Shown: piece after piece, positions 20,001 to 30,200 of the stretch
Layout: the number at the start of each line of letters is the position of its first letter
How positions within the stretch are numbered: position 1 is the first letter of the stretch
IMG/VR virus record: IMGVR_UViG_3300028048_000059
Location: 32,001 to 96,000 of that record
From: a virus
Taxonomy: Duplodnaviria > Caudoviricetes
Strand: one strand, 5' to 3'
DNA: 64,000 nt
Notes under the pieces: generated by a model
The model's database searches: none
What the model saw: the letters and a program-made list of their open reading frames with translations, nothing else
Told to the model about the DNA's origin: nothing
Translations under genes and position numbers: made by a program

Positions 20001-22542
20001 CTTTGTTGCAGGACAAAACGGCGCGGAATTTGTTAATTTGGATGACGATGCTATTGTATTCAACCACATGCAAACTAAGCGTTTGCTTTCACATGGTTCT
20101 TCCGGTCGTGGTAAACCAATAACCAATGAGCGCAACGCAGTCTCATTTGCTACTGGTAATACTAGCGGCCCAGCCATGGCATCTGCAAAGCAAGCCATCG
20201 CGCAGCTACAAAAAATTCGTGCCATGTGGCAATCCATGCTCGATGCATCCGCGAAAGACCTAGGCGCGCAAGCCGGTAAAGGCGGCGGAGGCGGCGGAGG
20301 TGGAGGCGGTGGTGGAGGAAAAGACGATAACAAACTCCCCACCAATGTTGTCCATGATCTTGAACGCTGGTATAACTTAGAGCGGCAGATTGATTTAATT
20401 GAGAAGGATATTACTTATCAAGAAAAATTGCAAGATCGCATGTTAAATGACCGCATTGCTAATGGTAAGGAAATTTATAATTCTTATGTGCAAGAACTTA
20501 ATATGTTGCGTAATCAGATTTCGGCACAAAAAGAATTGGCTGCTCTACAAAAGAACTGGTATGACAGTAAAATGGAAGAACTTAATAATTCTTTCTATGG
20601 ACTTGTTTATACCTATAATGAGAAGGGACTGCAACAGTACGTTTCCGATGCGCCAGGTAGCAATCGTGGCTTAGATATTCTTGCATCGTTGCAGACGCGC
20701 GATACAATGAATAATCCTACTGGACATGCAGTTACTGCACAAGAACAAATTAAGTTCTTGATGGATATCGCGCGGCAAGCTGATATTGATGGACAACAAA
20801 ATGATCAAAATTTTGTTCCACATTTTGTGCAAGATTTACAAAAGCTCCTTGTAAAGGATGATGGCTCACGTATTGGCACTAGCATCGATATGAATGGCAT
20901 CATTAGTGGCCTTGAAGAAGGCACTGAACAAAATGATGCGCAAGTCGAATGGATGGAAAACTTCTATGATATGCTAGATGGCTATCAAGAAGAGTTAGAT
21001 AGTCTGTATGATGCTTATCACGATACTCAATTAGACATTCTTGAAAATCAAGTTAAGCTGGAAGAATACGTACAAAAAATGTACGACAACCAGCTAGAAG
21101 TTGAGCAAGAGGTCCTAAAAGCCATTGAAAATCGTCAACAAAAAATGATTGATACTCTGCAAGATCAACGTGACGCATTAGATGAGGCCGCGAAGAAATT
21201 CACAGACGGCTTGAATGAACAAATGCAACGCGAACAGCAGATGTATCAGAATAGTGAAAATGACCAAGAACTGTTGAAGTTACAACGTCAACTCAACATT
21301 CTACGTCGTTCTGGCGGCTCTGCTTCTCAAATTCGCAATCTAGAAGAGCAGATTGCAAGCAAGCAACGCGATTCCTATTTTGAGGCGCAACAACAACAAA
21401 TTGATGCAATTCAAGAAGCTTCGGATAAGGAATTGGAGAGATTGGATGCTCAACTTGATATTATGAATGAGACATTAGAATATCAGAAAGAGCATGGTCT
21501 ATTCTGGGATGAAGTCCAACAAATTATGCAAGGCACAGAAGAAGAAATTCAACATTTCATTCAAGCCAATGGCGAAGAATGGGAGAGTAAATCTGGCTTG
21601 CAGATTCATGAGGATTTGGTTGAACTTGCCGATAAGATTGGTATTTGGGTTGGTTTTAGAGACGATCCTAATAAAGATCAAAACTTGGATATTAAGGATT
21701 GGACAACCTTCGATACTGCATATAGAAGCTACTATGAGAGATTGGGCATGTCCGACACTGATTGGACAGGCGCGGTCAAAACTGCTCATGAAGAAGCCTT
21801 AAAAGCTGGATACGACCCTTGGCAGGCCAGCGTTATGGCGCGCAATAAAGCTGATAAATTGGTTGGAAAACCACCAGTAAGCGATCAAGGCGCTGACAAA
21901 GATAAGGATGCGGCCGCGAATGCAACCCACTATGAGGACGGTCAGCATGCATATCCTGTTATTTTAGCTGGCGGTTCAGGTTTGTTTGCTCATAGGTTCG
22001 ATGATAAATCCCGCATTCGTAATTATGACGCAGGTTCTGAACTTATTGCTTATCCGAATACAGCATATGGCCCTGGCAATCATTTTGTTTGGGTACATGA
22101 CCCATCAACTGGATTGTCTGGTTGGATGTGGTTCAATGGCGGCAACATTAAATATAAGGATAGCGGCAAACCACTATACAGTTATCGCACAGGTGGCCTA
22201 ATCGACTATACTGGCCCCGCATGGGTGGATGGTACAAAGTCACAACCAGAAGCCATATTAAATGCAGAACAAACTGCAATCCTACGTTCTACCCTATTAA
22301 GCGGCAAGAGTTCATTACCTTATGTGCTATCTGAATTAACTAGCATAATAGATGAAACAAGTCACAATAATCTATCAGGATTGAGTGGCGGCGGCACTAT
22401 TATGATAGAACACGCAGAAGTGAACATGAACGTTGGTTCAATTGCAAACGATTATGACGCACGTCGTGCTGGTGAGGCCGCACTTGATGAAATGGTGCGA
22501 ATTGCGAGAAAATCTGGCAGTCGTAGCGTAACAAGGAGGTAA
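11059..22542 (+). CDS. Tail tape measure protein, exon 2 (3827 aa; spliced about 4520 aa)
   Basis: Begins QQSRFLAL; hydrophobic segments, long coiled coils, GELGPE and WVDGT..QPEAIL motifs, poly-Gly, SH3b-like region near the C-terminus. Confidence 0.92.
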   Translation, partial: QQSRFLALVSNGDLLRENLRVAETSDDVGTIQALKALDSLESKLEQVRVSYQQFYTSMGIESVWKGFLDGVRRVIDNLNKLPKLFGKLPVNAVVMIANLVKVISHGLLSGLNKIAQNVQSIIQRINKNSKTEADQGGTQVGKTWVDKIVDSITQGQSKVEQAARETVQKANKAAEEAAQEVTNVQKSKTSKDIAKDGLKDNGIAGITIPKGQAAADKAQFNRDLYNALVDTSNPEQTAATLDPILEGVNNGTISYKQALLDASAAVAKNTNEAKGLGDTMDLVGKNTDKFKTSAGNSVGVVDSLVKETSKMETTTKTSAKIWESFKSGGAWNKAAVGIGTAMQAAAMLIDTSSRAGEVASGSFTTLGSAVSGIAAGVRVFSGDLSALPQLLSSAVSLFSGIGLIVETDAEKVERLTKEAEKLSNEALVKKNEYNTLDQSIKKLEELEEKRYDSAEAAEEYQTAVDELAKQYPELITGIDELGNVTIETANIEYELEKARAAAAEATYNAAQAEREKAIAERDSALNALTGKKEQTSYAHSMNPTDGRKDNTKRLTEQAWNEIIGDYTGKTDLSGLYNTDQNGFTEWITTADGFTEKLLREILEGAANANFVDTNTGFTIVAGEPNEDKKEISINEILSQYFDESGELTDTGLMSKIDKEIEDLNHDIEAKKFDGDEGTQEYIKRSKAIIDLITANGLQGYYENFLENTTGVTEAASELERSRRVLLSTSKITIDAAVKTYAGGQTEFLESLGNSNALLNQYLFDKANELDAYDLENDPDAIEKFKNSDDFAEGIEAYKAEFEALSPSDTKKFLDMWKNRQNYSEQDWMEVFDFDGASVIWQSIQGYYSDQAIGYRDQLERLKKQIDRLPKESTSDTLFSNLENTLREFAPYLSSSLTKWIGGVFDEYEKYVSQGFYSNANDLIMGLTGALTSLQGMSEDDRLNAENILQQVDFSSIESIDKAIEAATAAGFEVDSFIVTSLNKIKEAYVFNLPLAIQSYTDQIVAGADELEQSLKKIRSGVSFSEALTAIEKINTYAKGVPEVSLRDFDQKNGKLVLNNPELLKAYIDAERASLKESYAPIKGELEKYKTDQEKGIKGAYVDLLDTLKENDTEIDESITKHANLINALEAAGLAYQGDDKLWYTVKDFTSKIDGGSASDWMVNWLQQQQANADEVMKYFDSEIIPSLFLDAGLYTDYLDGIKAAFTDEQGNFNDVFNEHLNFKDIAQGNFSGIEDKRIVNNILRPAQEKINSEMNTFLSDIIEKGIDNIYFPDYDLGFAGANVQNNVASILAGPNGYTNLIKEYGSWLGNSIEDYNSMFLSALEKDTQKTQAISDVINDVTFIGKDLAYASADTIKEIADIYGMRMDELFDVDSYNEALGGYQVNFAAIKDFSLDEIQGGMEAVADSTNSFFQAMAETITNGIEGKLTYGELGEFRQRLDAFGINLDLSFKRTADGLQLSTNSARDLYFELLKIDALQARLVFDSLVESLEETDEHYKDISSIAARIAELQDLIDDVKTNDARRKQYMDELELAKEIYQVRSSTDNDSFDFMNRDLAPGMQNPIDYWNAGGEAYTAMNEAAKSGYMKIEDFYNIVNEMNNMAATSGQTLIFMGQTLSGSAEDAAALIEAGFGALKNVDGKGVQISLKDIGAGFDVGAAAMTKDFDSGLKAMAKSQIEMIDSAIRMLETVAALEEIDTDEDGVLSMDEVFDGNELSENVQQWIKDTDIAAGGITIGGKTLFEAIDGLDPAQAVALLNEWKDIDFSDPIAAWDSIRQLLNIYFPGAEIVKGESIFDILKVPSGAKEDSEAFADWAESLGLVSSSAKGMIDFLEKGHELQTGLPWYEAVKKALLGDNTSEDVSNLFDLFAGSSLSAEDMQLWSKLNIKVDEKGNVDSVIYTASDGSQLELPEDSPSQWSDLIAEYENNVAIVAHTGGSAKKVNKNSKLITLTLEDGTEINGVLTSDGDGTYTASYGGKSATFDHPGEAAEWIREQARAAIWGVGNRGGKKLNTETGTIETYYTITGKIDEDIEEQIQTGDISEELQKKIDEGVASGKAFEIGGITFDAGTTQQEVIDAFNESLPEDPYATLVQQIADGITAAFTQHSTEIAKAFSDGISQAVKDAMGGGENPTTTVPESIDFISVAGLSIIRAYEEDGTISYAFADDPNNTMTREAMVAAINEKITNDEGEGGIDAGTLDNVLATGSGGLNFKANYDPDTGETTWTVSGIDGKGAFTEENITADQKAQLIKSLSTGASAIVNLGDSGKVIVAQSTNGVIYTAILEPDENGIYSMTMPSGSKWTSKNPQVLLTSYIKLKRTADNKALLDSYANDAGASPDDEPLQPLKFSYTVGMEERTITVQDEGNGLFLVQGFGDPIHTSNPIEYINNQLASQGISIDQLQTVPDSLGYIPFEQTIDGITYRIVNKGNNNYGFYSDDNLLGTLTSTNLEIFLDSIKASAKSSALQITGFSVNEENNLLIDFKYPGLNYDIQYDATKNQWLENGTPLTGVTDFDSVIEHFKEEAKKTAGSTTSESQSQDVDFEVKGAITFDNDTTREQLINFLAALQSLLTGQPLHVGVVATPVNHLNTDLSTADDISDSSGIWSGAGYKNAADYATTLADIVLHGGQLEKLDFSNLNVLNNSGLVTSVTIGENEYTIADILEKAEENADGVTSMQDLANAFKDIDADNLGKVADALALMATNALTLKDIPWVTIAEGINNLVLKKKPKPEGQSNPTTPEKVGDAATQKVEEIVEEYELDVEIPNLAITATSATLTATDLTVTGGQTTPTPGGNAGGSEGDSSGGPTTSTSVSIDTSAAQASIAQLATSIGFLGLTSLTSSISVTGLQTAMGKIPTEAGSRVGFLAEKMGTIPSGKSTYVSSLATAMGKIPTGAATAVNNVANALDKIKNATVRLVLSVSVQTSGTGAKGTVTSISRGTKTGTAFGTAGTITLTNAKGNVALAAGRRTLMGELGPELVVSNGRYFVAGQNGAEFVNLDDDAIVFNHMQTKRLLSHGSSGRGKPITNERNAVSFATGNTSGPAMASAKQAIAQLQKIRAMWQSMLDASAKDLGAQAGKGGGGGGGGGGGGGKDDNKLPTNVVHDLERWYNLERQIDLIEKDITYQEKLQDRMLNDRIANGKEIYNSYVQELNMLRNQISAQKELAALQKNWYDSKMEELNNSFYGLVYTYNEKGLQQYVSDAPGSNRGLDILASLQTRDTMNNPTGHAVTAQEQIKFLMDIARQADIDGQQNDQNFVPHFVQDLQKLLVKDDGSRIGTSIDMNGIISGLEEGTEQNDAQVEWMENFYDMLDGYQEELDSLYDAYHDTQLDILENQVKLEEYVQKMYDNQLEVEQEVLKAIENRQQKMIDTLQDQRDALDEAAKKFTDGLNEQMQREQQMYQNSENDQELLKLQRQLNILRRSGGSASQIRNLEEQIASKQRDSYFEAQQQQIDAIQEASDKELERLDAQLDIMNETLEYQKEHGLFWDEVQQIMQGTEEEIQHFIQANGEEWESKSGLQIHEDLVELADKIGIWVGFRDDPNKDQNLDIKDWTTFDTAYRSYYERLGMSDTDWTGAVKTAHEEALKAGYDPWQASVMARNKADKLVGKPPVSDQGADKDKDAAANATHYEDGQHAYPVILAGGSGLFAHRFDDKSRIRNYDAGSELIAYPNTAYGPGNHFVWVHDPSTGLSGWMWFNGGNIKYKDSGKPLYSYRTGGLIDYTGPAWVDGTKSQPEAILNAEQTAILRSTLLSGKSSLPYVLSELTSIIDETSHNNLSGLSGGGTIMIEHAEVNMNVGSIANDYDARRAGEAALDEMVRIARKSGSRSVTRR
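19597..19770 (+). repeat. About three 18-aa (54-nt) degenerate repeats MG(K/T)IP(T/S) in the tape measure
   Basis: ATGGGGAAAATTCCTACT / ATGGGTACTATTCCATCT / ATGGGTAAAATACCCACT at 54-nt spacing. Confidence 0.7.
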
Positions 22543-22549
22543 TGGAGTA

Positions 22550-24268
22550 ATGCCGAATGAATTGATTGGCAATGAGGAGTGGAGTAATTCCACTCCTCAT
22601 ACCCAAGTTTGGATGGCGACGCATGATAAGAATGATGAAAGACTATCAGATGCGCGTCGCTCGTTTATTAGTTTTAGTTGGGGCGATAAGTGGATTGAAG
22701 ATTTTGGGCTTATTGCTACCATTTCTGGTGATAGGTTACAAAGAACATTGTATGGGCAATTCAATAATTTAACAACCACATATGATGTTATTGATGGGCA
22801 ATTCTTTTGGGGATCGCACTTTACTACCAATAATTTGAATTTTACCTTATCTACCGATGGAATTACTGATAGACAATTGGAAGAATTTCGTCATTGGTTT
22901 AAGCCTGGTGTAGAGAATGAATTGGTATTAGCCGAACACCCCAACCGCGCGATTATGGCAAGAATGGAGACACAACCATCTTATTCTTTTCTTCCTTTTG
23001 AAGAGAAAACCGAGTGGGGCTTTTCGACTACGTTGTATAAAGGCGATATTAATATTAGTTTTGTAATGGATGATCCGTTTTGGTATAGTAAAGAAAATAT
23101 TATTATGTCGATACTAAAAGCAAAACAATCTAGTTCTTCATTATATTATAACAGTCCATTTAGTGGGATGCAAGTTGAGAGCACCATTACTTGGCCCTAT
23201 GTTGAAATAGATACTGTAACTCGCCCATTAATAAATAATACTTATGCACGTATTACGGCAGCATATGATGATAATATGAATTTAATGAGCATATATGACA
23301 TCGATGTAGACGACCCGATGGCAGATGTTAAATATATTAATTTAAATGATTTTAGTCCTCTTAGTGAAAAGATGAAAATCATTTTTGAAGATAATACATA
23401 TGTTAATTCTATGATCACAATTCCATTAGAAGATAATAATTTTAAGCCCGCATGTTTTGGCAGCGAACAAAAGAATTGGATGATAAGCGCTTCTCAGACA
23501 TTTAGTGATAAATTAGCTAGTACAGAGAACGGCGCAAGATTGTACTATCCCGGCACTGCTTCCGGACGTCCAATTATTGATTTTGATATTGTCCCTAAAA
23601 AAGACGATAACGGCTATATAGTAGAGCCGCGCAATCAGATAGCGGAAGATAGCGATAAGGCCGATGATGAAAAATACAACTATCTTTCTATCGGTGATGA
23701 CAAAATGTATTTCACAACGCCAGGCATTTGGACTGGTTATAATCAAGCGCTTCAAATTATCGATAATTTTGAAGAAGGCAAATCATTCGCTGATTTGCGT
23801 GTCGCTTTTATAAATGGCGTAAATGAATACTATTCTCGCGCTTGGGCTGTTGCTTGTATGGAACAAGCTCGCACAGCAAACGTGGACACGCCATTGGAGG
23901 AAATACAAACAACCGCGGCGAATCTGCAACAAATGCGTAAGAATATGTTATTCTTTATTGATGCAGAACAACCAGCACACTTTTCTTTTGATTCTAAAAC
24001 TGGTGTGGCAAGAGGCACATTTAACGCATTAAAATTGGCCGCGGACGTTTCACATGAAATCGAAGGGTGCGATATTAACCATACTACTGAGAATATTACT
24101 GAAAATGTTGGTGATATGTTACGCTCTAATTTCTTAATGATTAATGGACGTAGCACTACTGATATGTCTACTATGACAGCACAAAATTTATTGCCAGTAA
24201 CAACCAATTATTCAACTAATTTAACGAATCTCAGTATTCAATATAAAAACTTATATCTAATGAGTTAA
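22550..24268 (+). CDS. Distal tail (Dit)-like protein with insertions
   Basis: Directly follows the tape measure; FISFSW…IEDFGL, QLEEFRHWF, F..DDPFWYS Dit-type motifs. Confidence 0.72.
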   Translation: MPNELIGNEEWSNSTPHTQVWMATHDKNDERLSDARRSFISFSWGDKWIEDFGLIATISGDRLQRTLYGQFNNLTTTYDVIDGQFFWGSHFTTNNLNFTLSTDGITDRQLEEFRHWFKPGVENELVLAEHPNRAIMARMETQPSYSFLPFEEKTEWGFSTTLYKGDINISFVMDDPFWYSKENIIMSILKAKQSSSSLYYNSPFSGMQVESTITWPYVEIDTVTRPLINNTYARITAAYDDNMNLMSIYDIDVDDPMADVKYINLNDFSPLSEKMKIIFEDNTYVNSMITIPLEDNNFKPACFGSEQKNWMISASQTFSDKLASTENGARLYYPGTASGRPIIDFDIVPKKDDNGYIVEPRNQIAEDSDKADDEKYNYLSIGDDKMYFTTPGIWTGYNQALQIIDNFEEGKSFADLRVAFINGVNEYYSRAWAVACMEQARTANVDTPLEEIQTTAANLQQMRKNMLFFIDAEQPAHFSFDSKTGVARGTFNALKLAADVSHEIEGCDINHTTENITENVGDMLRSNFLMINGRSTTDMSTMTAQNLLPVTTNYSTNLTNLSIQYKNLYLMS

Positions 24269-24281
24269 AGGAGGAGACTGC

Positions 24282-27200
24282 ATGATACGTAATTATGAAG
24301 TCTCTGTTTGGACGCTTCAAGACAGTTTTATAACTGTCTTGAAGCCTGACAAATTAGAGAGTAAAGGACAAATCGAAAATGCAAAAATGCATTTAGTGAA
24401 TGATGGAACCGCTGAACTATCATTCACAATTCCTATGTATTTAGGGCATACGGAAAATACTTATTGGTATGATGAAACCAATGAGGCCGCGCCAACAAGA
24501 GAAAATCCATTATGGCAAAATACAGTGAATGGCGTAATTCTTGCTGGTATGCGGAAAATTAAAGTTATTTTTAATAAACAAACAGAAGATGAAGCTGTTT
24601 TTGAATTTGTTATAACAAAAGTAACTGAGCGCCACGAGAAAGACGAAAAGTGGTGCGATGTTGAATGTGAAGGGCTAGCGTTCCACGAATTGGGAAAAAA
24701 TGGGTATAAAATTTCTTTAACAGAAGAAACCTACTATAATGATTATGAGGACTGGGCTAAGACTGAATATACCGAAAGCGAAGAGGCGGCCCACATGGCG
24801 GCCGAGCCACGTAACAATATTGAGTATTGGCTACATAAAATATTTGATGGCACTGATTGGAATTGGTCAGTACAAATGGATTATGCTAACCACGATGGTA
24901 TTGTCTATCGTCTTGATTTGACCAATTCTGCAATAGATCATGCTTGGGTTGATTTAAGTAATATTGCTGATGAAGAATATCATGACACCAAATTATTGAC
25001 TTATTTTGACCTAACAAAAGAGCAACAGGCTGTTGTTAATCAGCGCAGAGAGAACATGGGACTATGGCGCTGCGATAAAATTTATGAAGAAGAATATGTG
25101 ACGGAATGGGATGATGATAGTCAAACAAACTCTGTTCCGTTTGGTAGTTCTAATTATATTACTAATGCTAGCATTGGGCCGCTAACAGATGTTAAAATTA
25201 ATATAAAGCAGGTACAAGAAGCCGAAGAGTCATCTTCGACTAATAATAGACCAATTAGTGGCTGGACGAAGGCTAATATTTATATTGATTCTACACATAC
25301 GACTACTGCACCTGCAAAGACAATAGAATTTCCTGAGACTGTATATGGAGGCACTCTCGATGTTACTAGTGGCACGTTAACTGTTACACAGTGCGTGGAT
25401 GTGTTTGATGGCAGTGAAAAATGGACGTATGCAGGTATGGCTGGATCACGACCTTATTATTCCACGGCCACTACGAATTATTATCTAAATGTAAAAAAGG
25501 GCACTGGCGGGGTTAGCGCGAATTGGTTACCTGTTATTGATGATGAGCAAGATCAAACTTATACTCTTAGTTCGGTACGATTGCGTTCTTCCTCCGCGGC
25601 ACAAAATATAGTTTTTTTCATAGTTGGTAGCGATTTGCCGAATATTACTGATGCAAGTACATTGCAAGCGTATTTAAAAGAACACCCATTGCAAGTAAGT
25701 TATCCTATAATGACGCCAAAAGTACAAACTATCAATCCTACTTCTATCACTACGCCAACTAGTAATTCATATATTTGGTCAGACGCGGGTGATATATCAG
25801 TAATATATCAGACGCAACCAACAGCCATCTTCCCCGGAGCAGTCGAAAAAGCGAAAGAAAAAGAGCGCCTTATTAACTGCGAAGAAAGCAATATTTATAA
25901 TATAACACAAGACCTTGCAGAAGCATTTGGAGTTTTTTGTAAATATAAATATTACTATAACGATAATTATCACATAACTGGCCGCGAGGTAATTTTTTAT
26001 AACACATTTATCCAAGATTCAACAGGTGTTATTGATATAACCTATCCATATGATACAGGGAAAATTACTAGGGAAATGGATAGCGCGGATGTAGCTACGA
26101 AGCTGTATGTAAAAAAATTAGAAAATAGTAATACGGCATCAGGATGGGCTACAATAACTGATACCGCGATAAATAAAACGCTCGAAGACTATATTTTAAA
26201 TTTTGACTATCTCTATACAATTGGCACAATCACAGAAGAGCAATATGCTGAGATACCAAAATTTGAAACAGACGTACGTAAGCTTAATTTGGAAATGCTA
26301 CCAAAAGAGCAAGAGTTAGATTTACTACAATTGAAGTTGCCAGAAGCTGAGGCCGCAGTAACAGTATTAAACAATGCAGTAGCATTAGATCAAGAGCGCA
26401 TTTCTGCGAATGACGACCTTTTAAATAATTTAACGAATGGCACACAAATATTACATGTAACCGCAAATAGACCAAATCTTTCTTATTTGGTTCCAGATAA
26501 GGATGCAAAAGAAGACGAAAAGCCATATAAAATTATTTTGCGAGAGAAAGGCATTATTAAAGACACAGTGCATGTATATAAAAAATGGGAACTTTCTAGC
26601 GCTCAAACAACAGAGAATACAGAAGGAACTGAAAATACTGAATCAACAGAAGATACCGCTACTGAAACAGAAACTACTACTGAAACGGAAACCACTGGCA
26701 ATGAGTCTACGCCAGCCAATACGGAAGAAGAAATCGGTCGATACACCTTAACGGAAGAAGTAACCTATTCTCCCAGATTCGATGCCGATGGCAACTTAAT
26801 TGCTCTGGCTAATTTAGCAAAGAGTGATGACGAAAGCTCTCTACGTTATATTACTTATGATTATAGGCCAGCATTGTACTATGATAATATAAAAGAGTCT
26901 TGGGTGCGTAGGCTTAACGATGATGAAGCAAATCGTGTTAAGGCGCAAGCAGAATTAGAAACTATACAAAACCGCATTGAAGTTTTAAAAGCAGAATTGG
27001 AAGCTTTGATGATTCAAAAAGACAACCTCTTAAAATATTTCAATCGCTTAATGGGGCCGGCTCTTAGAGAAGCTAATTGGCAGCCCGAAGACGAATATGG
27101 TAAGTTTGGCGCTAAATATAATACAAAATTATCTTTTAGCGATTTTAATAAAGATACACTAATTCAACTCTATTGGGACGACGTTGGTTTTGAGGACGAA

Positions 27201-30200
27201 CAAAAAAATACATATGTCATTGGCGCCGCAGAACAAGTGACGCGGCATTACCCATGTGTGGAACTTACACAAGAATTCATTCAGAATTTTCATAATGGCG
27301 GTTATACCAAACTCTCTGATATTTGCTTTATTTTTACAGATGTGAATGCTGAACAAATTTCTGGGTCTGTAACTAATCCAGAAAATACCACAACATCGAC
27401 TGTTGATGAATTAAAATATTATCGCTATTATGCTATTGGTTCTCAAAGTCAATTGGCTTTTGTGCGCTCCAAACTTACTGGCGCGATCAAGCCAGTTTTA
27501 ATGCTTACTGGTATTGAAACCGTGAACATTTATGATGGGAGCGAAGAAGAAGAGGTTATTATTAAGCAACCAACACAAGAGCAATTAGAGACGTTTTTAA
27601 GTCATAATGCACAAATTGGGCATATTGTTCCTGTATACAATGCTGAAACTACACAATTTAATTATGATATCAAAACAGTCCAATCCTTTAATGGATTTTT
27701 GGATACAGAAGAATACGACACAATTGTGTTCCCGCGCATTCGAGTAAATAGTTTGAATTTAAAAACAAATTCAGATGAATTGAATGTAGCGTTGCCGCCA
27801 TCTGGCGTTAAAAGCAACATACCACTTTCTGAATATGTTGACTATTATGTTACACCACGTGAAAATGAATATTACATCACATTGCGGCCCGATGTATTCT
27901 ACATGAAAGCACAAAAATTGCCAGATAGTAACTTCTCTGTCAATTTAAATTGCATGATAGCTGACGCCGCCAGTGGTATCTATCTCGATGCGCTACAAAT
28001 TGCACGTGAGAATGCTTATCCAAAAGTTGAATATACCGTAGACATTTCAATGGCTAAGCAAGATTTTATGCGTGTTGCTTATTCTACTATGAACAAAATT
28101 GTGCATATTAATGATAATGAGCTGAAATTTAATCATGTGCAAGGGTACATTTCTGATCTTGATTTGGATTTGGATCATCCTTGGCAGGACAAGATAGGGA
28201 TTAAAAATTATAAAACCAAGTTTGAAGATCTGTTTGTAGATATCGTTGCGCAGACGGAAGCGATGAAAAAGAATTCACAAATTGCAGAAATTGGTGGACA
28301 AATTTTCGCACCTACTGGTATGCTAACAAAAGAATCGTTACAAGAAGCCTTTGATGGCTATAATTTGCAGTATGAATTTAATAATGGCAAATTGATGATT
28401 GATGATAAAAATGGTATTTTGGCCGCCAGTGATGAAGGTGTGGTCGCATATCGTGGCGGCGGCATATTCACTGCAACTGAGCAAGACGATGATGGTAATT
28501 GGGTGTGGAATACTGGTATTTTGCCTTCTGGCATTAATGCAGATTTAATTAGAACTGGTAGATTAGATACTAATTTAATTAATATTTATGCCGGAGACAA
28601 TTTAAAGTTGCAAATGAATGGCACCGGATTGTATGCATTCAAGTCATGGTCCGATATGGTGGATTTTGCTAACGAAAGTGTTGCGAGCCAGATATTAGAG
28701 AATCTTGATGAGCCACTTAGCGATGCGGCTTTAAGTTATGTTGTTTTTAATGAAGAGGGGCTATTTTTAACAATGAATGACGGCGCGCCATATATTGATA
28801 CGGATGGCACGGTTCAAACATTAGATTTAGAAGCCCTAGAAAACCCTGTTGATAAAGTTAACCGCGTTGAAATAAGTTGGCGCGGTTTGATTTTAAGAAA
28901 TAATGCGAATGAGGAAGTATTTTATGCCGATCCTGATACGGGTAATTTAACTATTCAGGGCAAGATAACCGCAACTGATGGACAAATTGGACCTTGGATG
29001 ATTGGAAGCCGCAGTTTATATCAAACATTGGATACTAAAATAGAGAATGGCCAAGAGCAAGAAGCTGTTCCATTTGCTACAAAAAATACAATTTATCTTG
29101 GAGAGGAAGGACTAAGTATATCAGACTTATTTCAATTAAAAACGGAAGTTGTTCAATCTACTGCGATGGGCAGCACAGAGATAAAACGTATTTTAAGTGA
29201 TTTTAGTATTAATGAATATGTATTAACTGCTCCGACCCAAGAAGAAAAAGAAGAGGAACAGACAGAAAGCGCAAATACTGTACTATCGCCTATCTTTCAA
29301 ATTAAAAATATCCAAACATCAACAAGTCCCGCTTATCAAATTATTATTAATAGCGACGTTCAATTTGGCAATAATTTTGTATTACCAATTAAGAATGGTG
29401 GCACGGGATCTAATGATGGAACTGGATTATATTATAAAGTGAGTACAGAAGAAGCATTAGGAAACATAGAAGCAAAGAACGGGGATTTAGCTGTCGTTTT
29501 GAATGATGATAATAAAATTGTTTATACAAACTATACAACAGTTGTACATGAAGCAGGCGACTATTACGGACCATTTGATTTTAATACAGATAACAGTAGC
29601 TTCACAAAAAATCATAAAAATGGTGCTTTTGGAGGAGTCGCCGCATTGTGTTGGAACACACATTTAACAACGAATGAAGTCAAGGATGGTTATTCGATGC
29701 CAAATGGCGATAATTATGCTCGTTTAGGTTGGGTTCACAACGGCAATGATGTGTTTAATAGTGCTATTTGGCTACCTTTTACTACAACAGGCAATACAAT
29801 AAACAGCGGAATGACGTTAAAACTGACCTTTTATGTACAAAATAGATTTTGGGGAAACTCTAATTCACAGACTAACGGCGTTCATCAAATTAATGGATCA
29901 TCTACGGATGATAATGTCTTTGGTATCAAAATAATTGGTAGTGATTATAGTACTATTTTAGCATCTGGAAATTTTAAAGTTACGCATGAAGTAAGTCGTG
30001 ATTTTGAGCAACAAAAATTAGATTGTTATTGTAAGTTAATTAATAATTTAAATAAAAATGAACAAGCATTTTTGTTATTTTATGCTAATACAGGAGCAAC
30101 AAATAATAGTTTGACTTATTTAGATTGTAGCAACATTCAATTATTCACTGGTGCAAATCAACCCAATATACCGATGCTTCATATATATTCAAAAAAAGAT

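Noticed and set aside
2957-26526. Many antisense and alternate-frame ORFs within structural genes (e.g. 11820-12329, 16395-16928, 18921-19490)
   Set aside because: Shadow frames of long coding genes, with no RBS or recognisable motifs.
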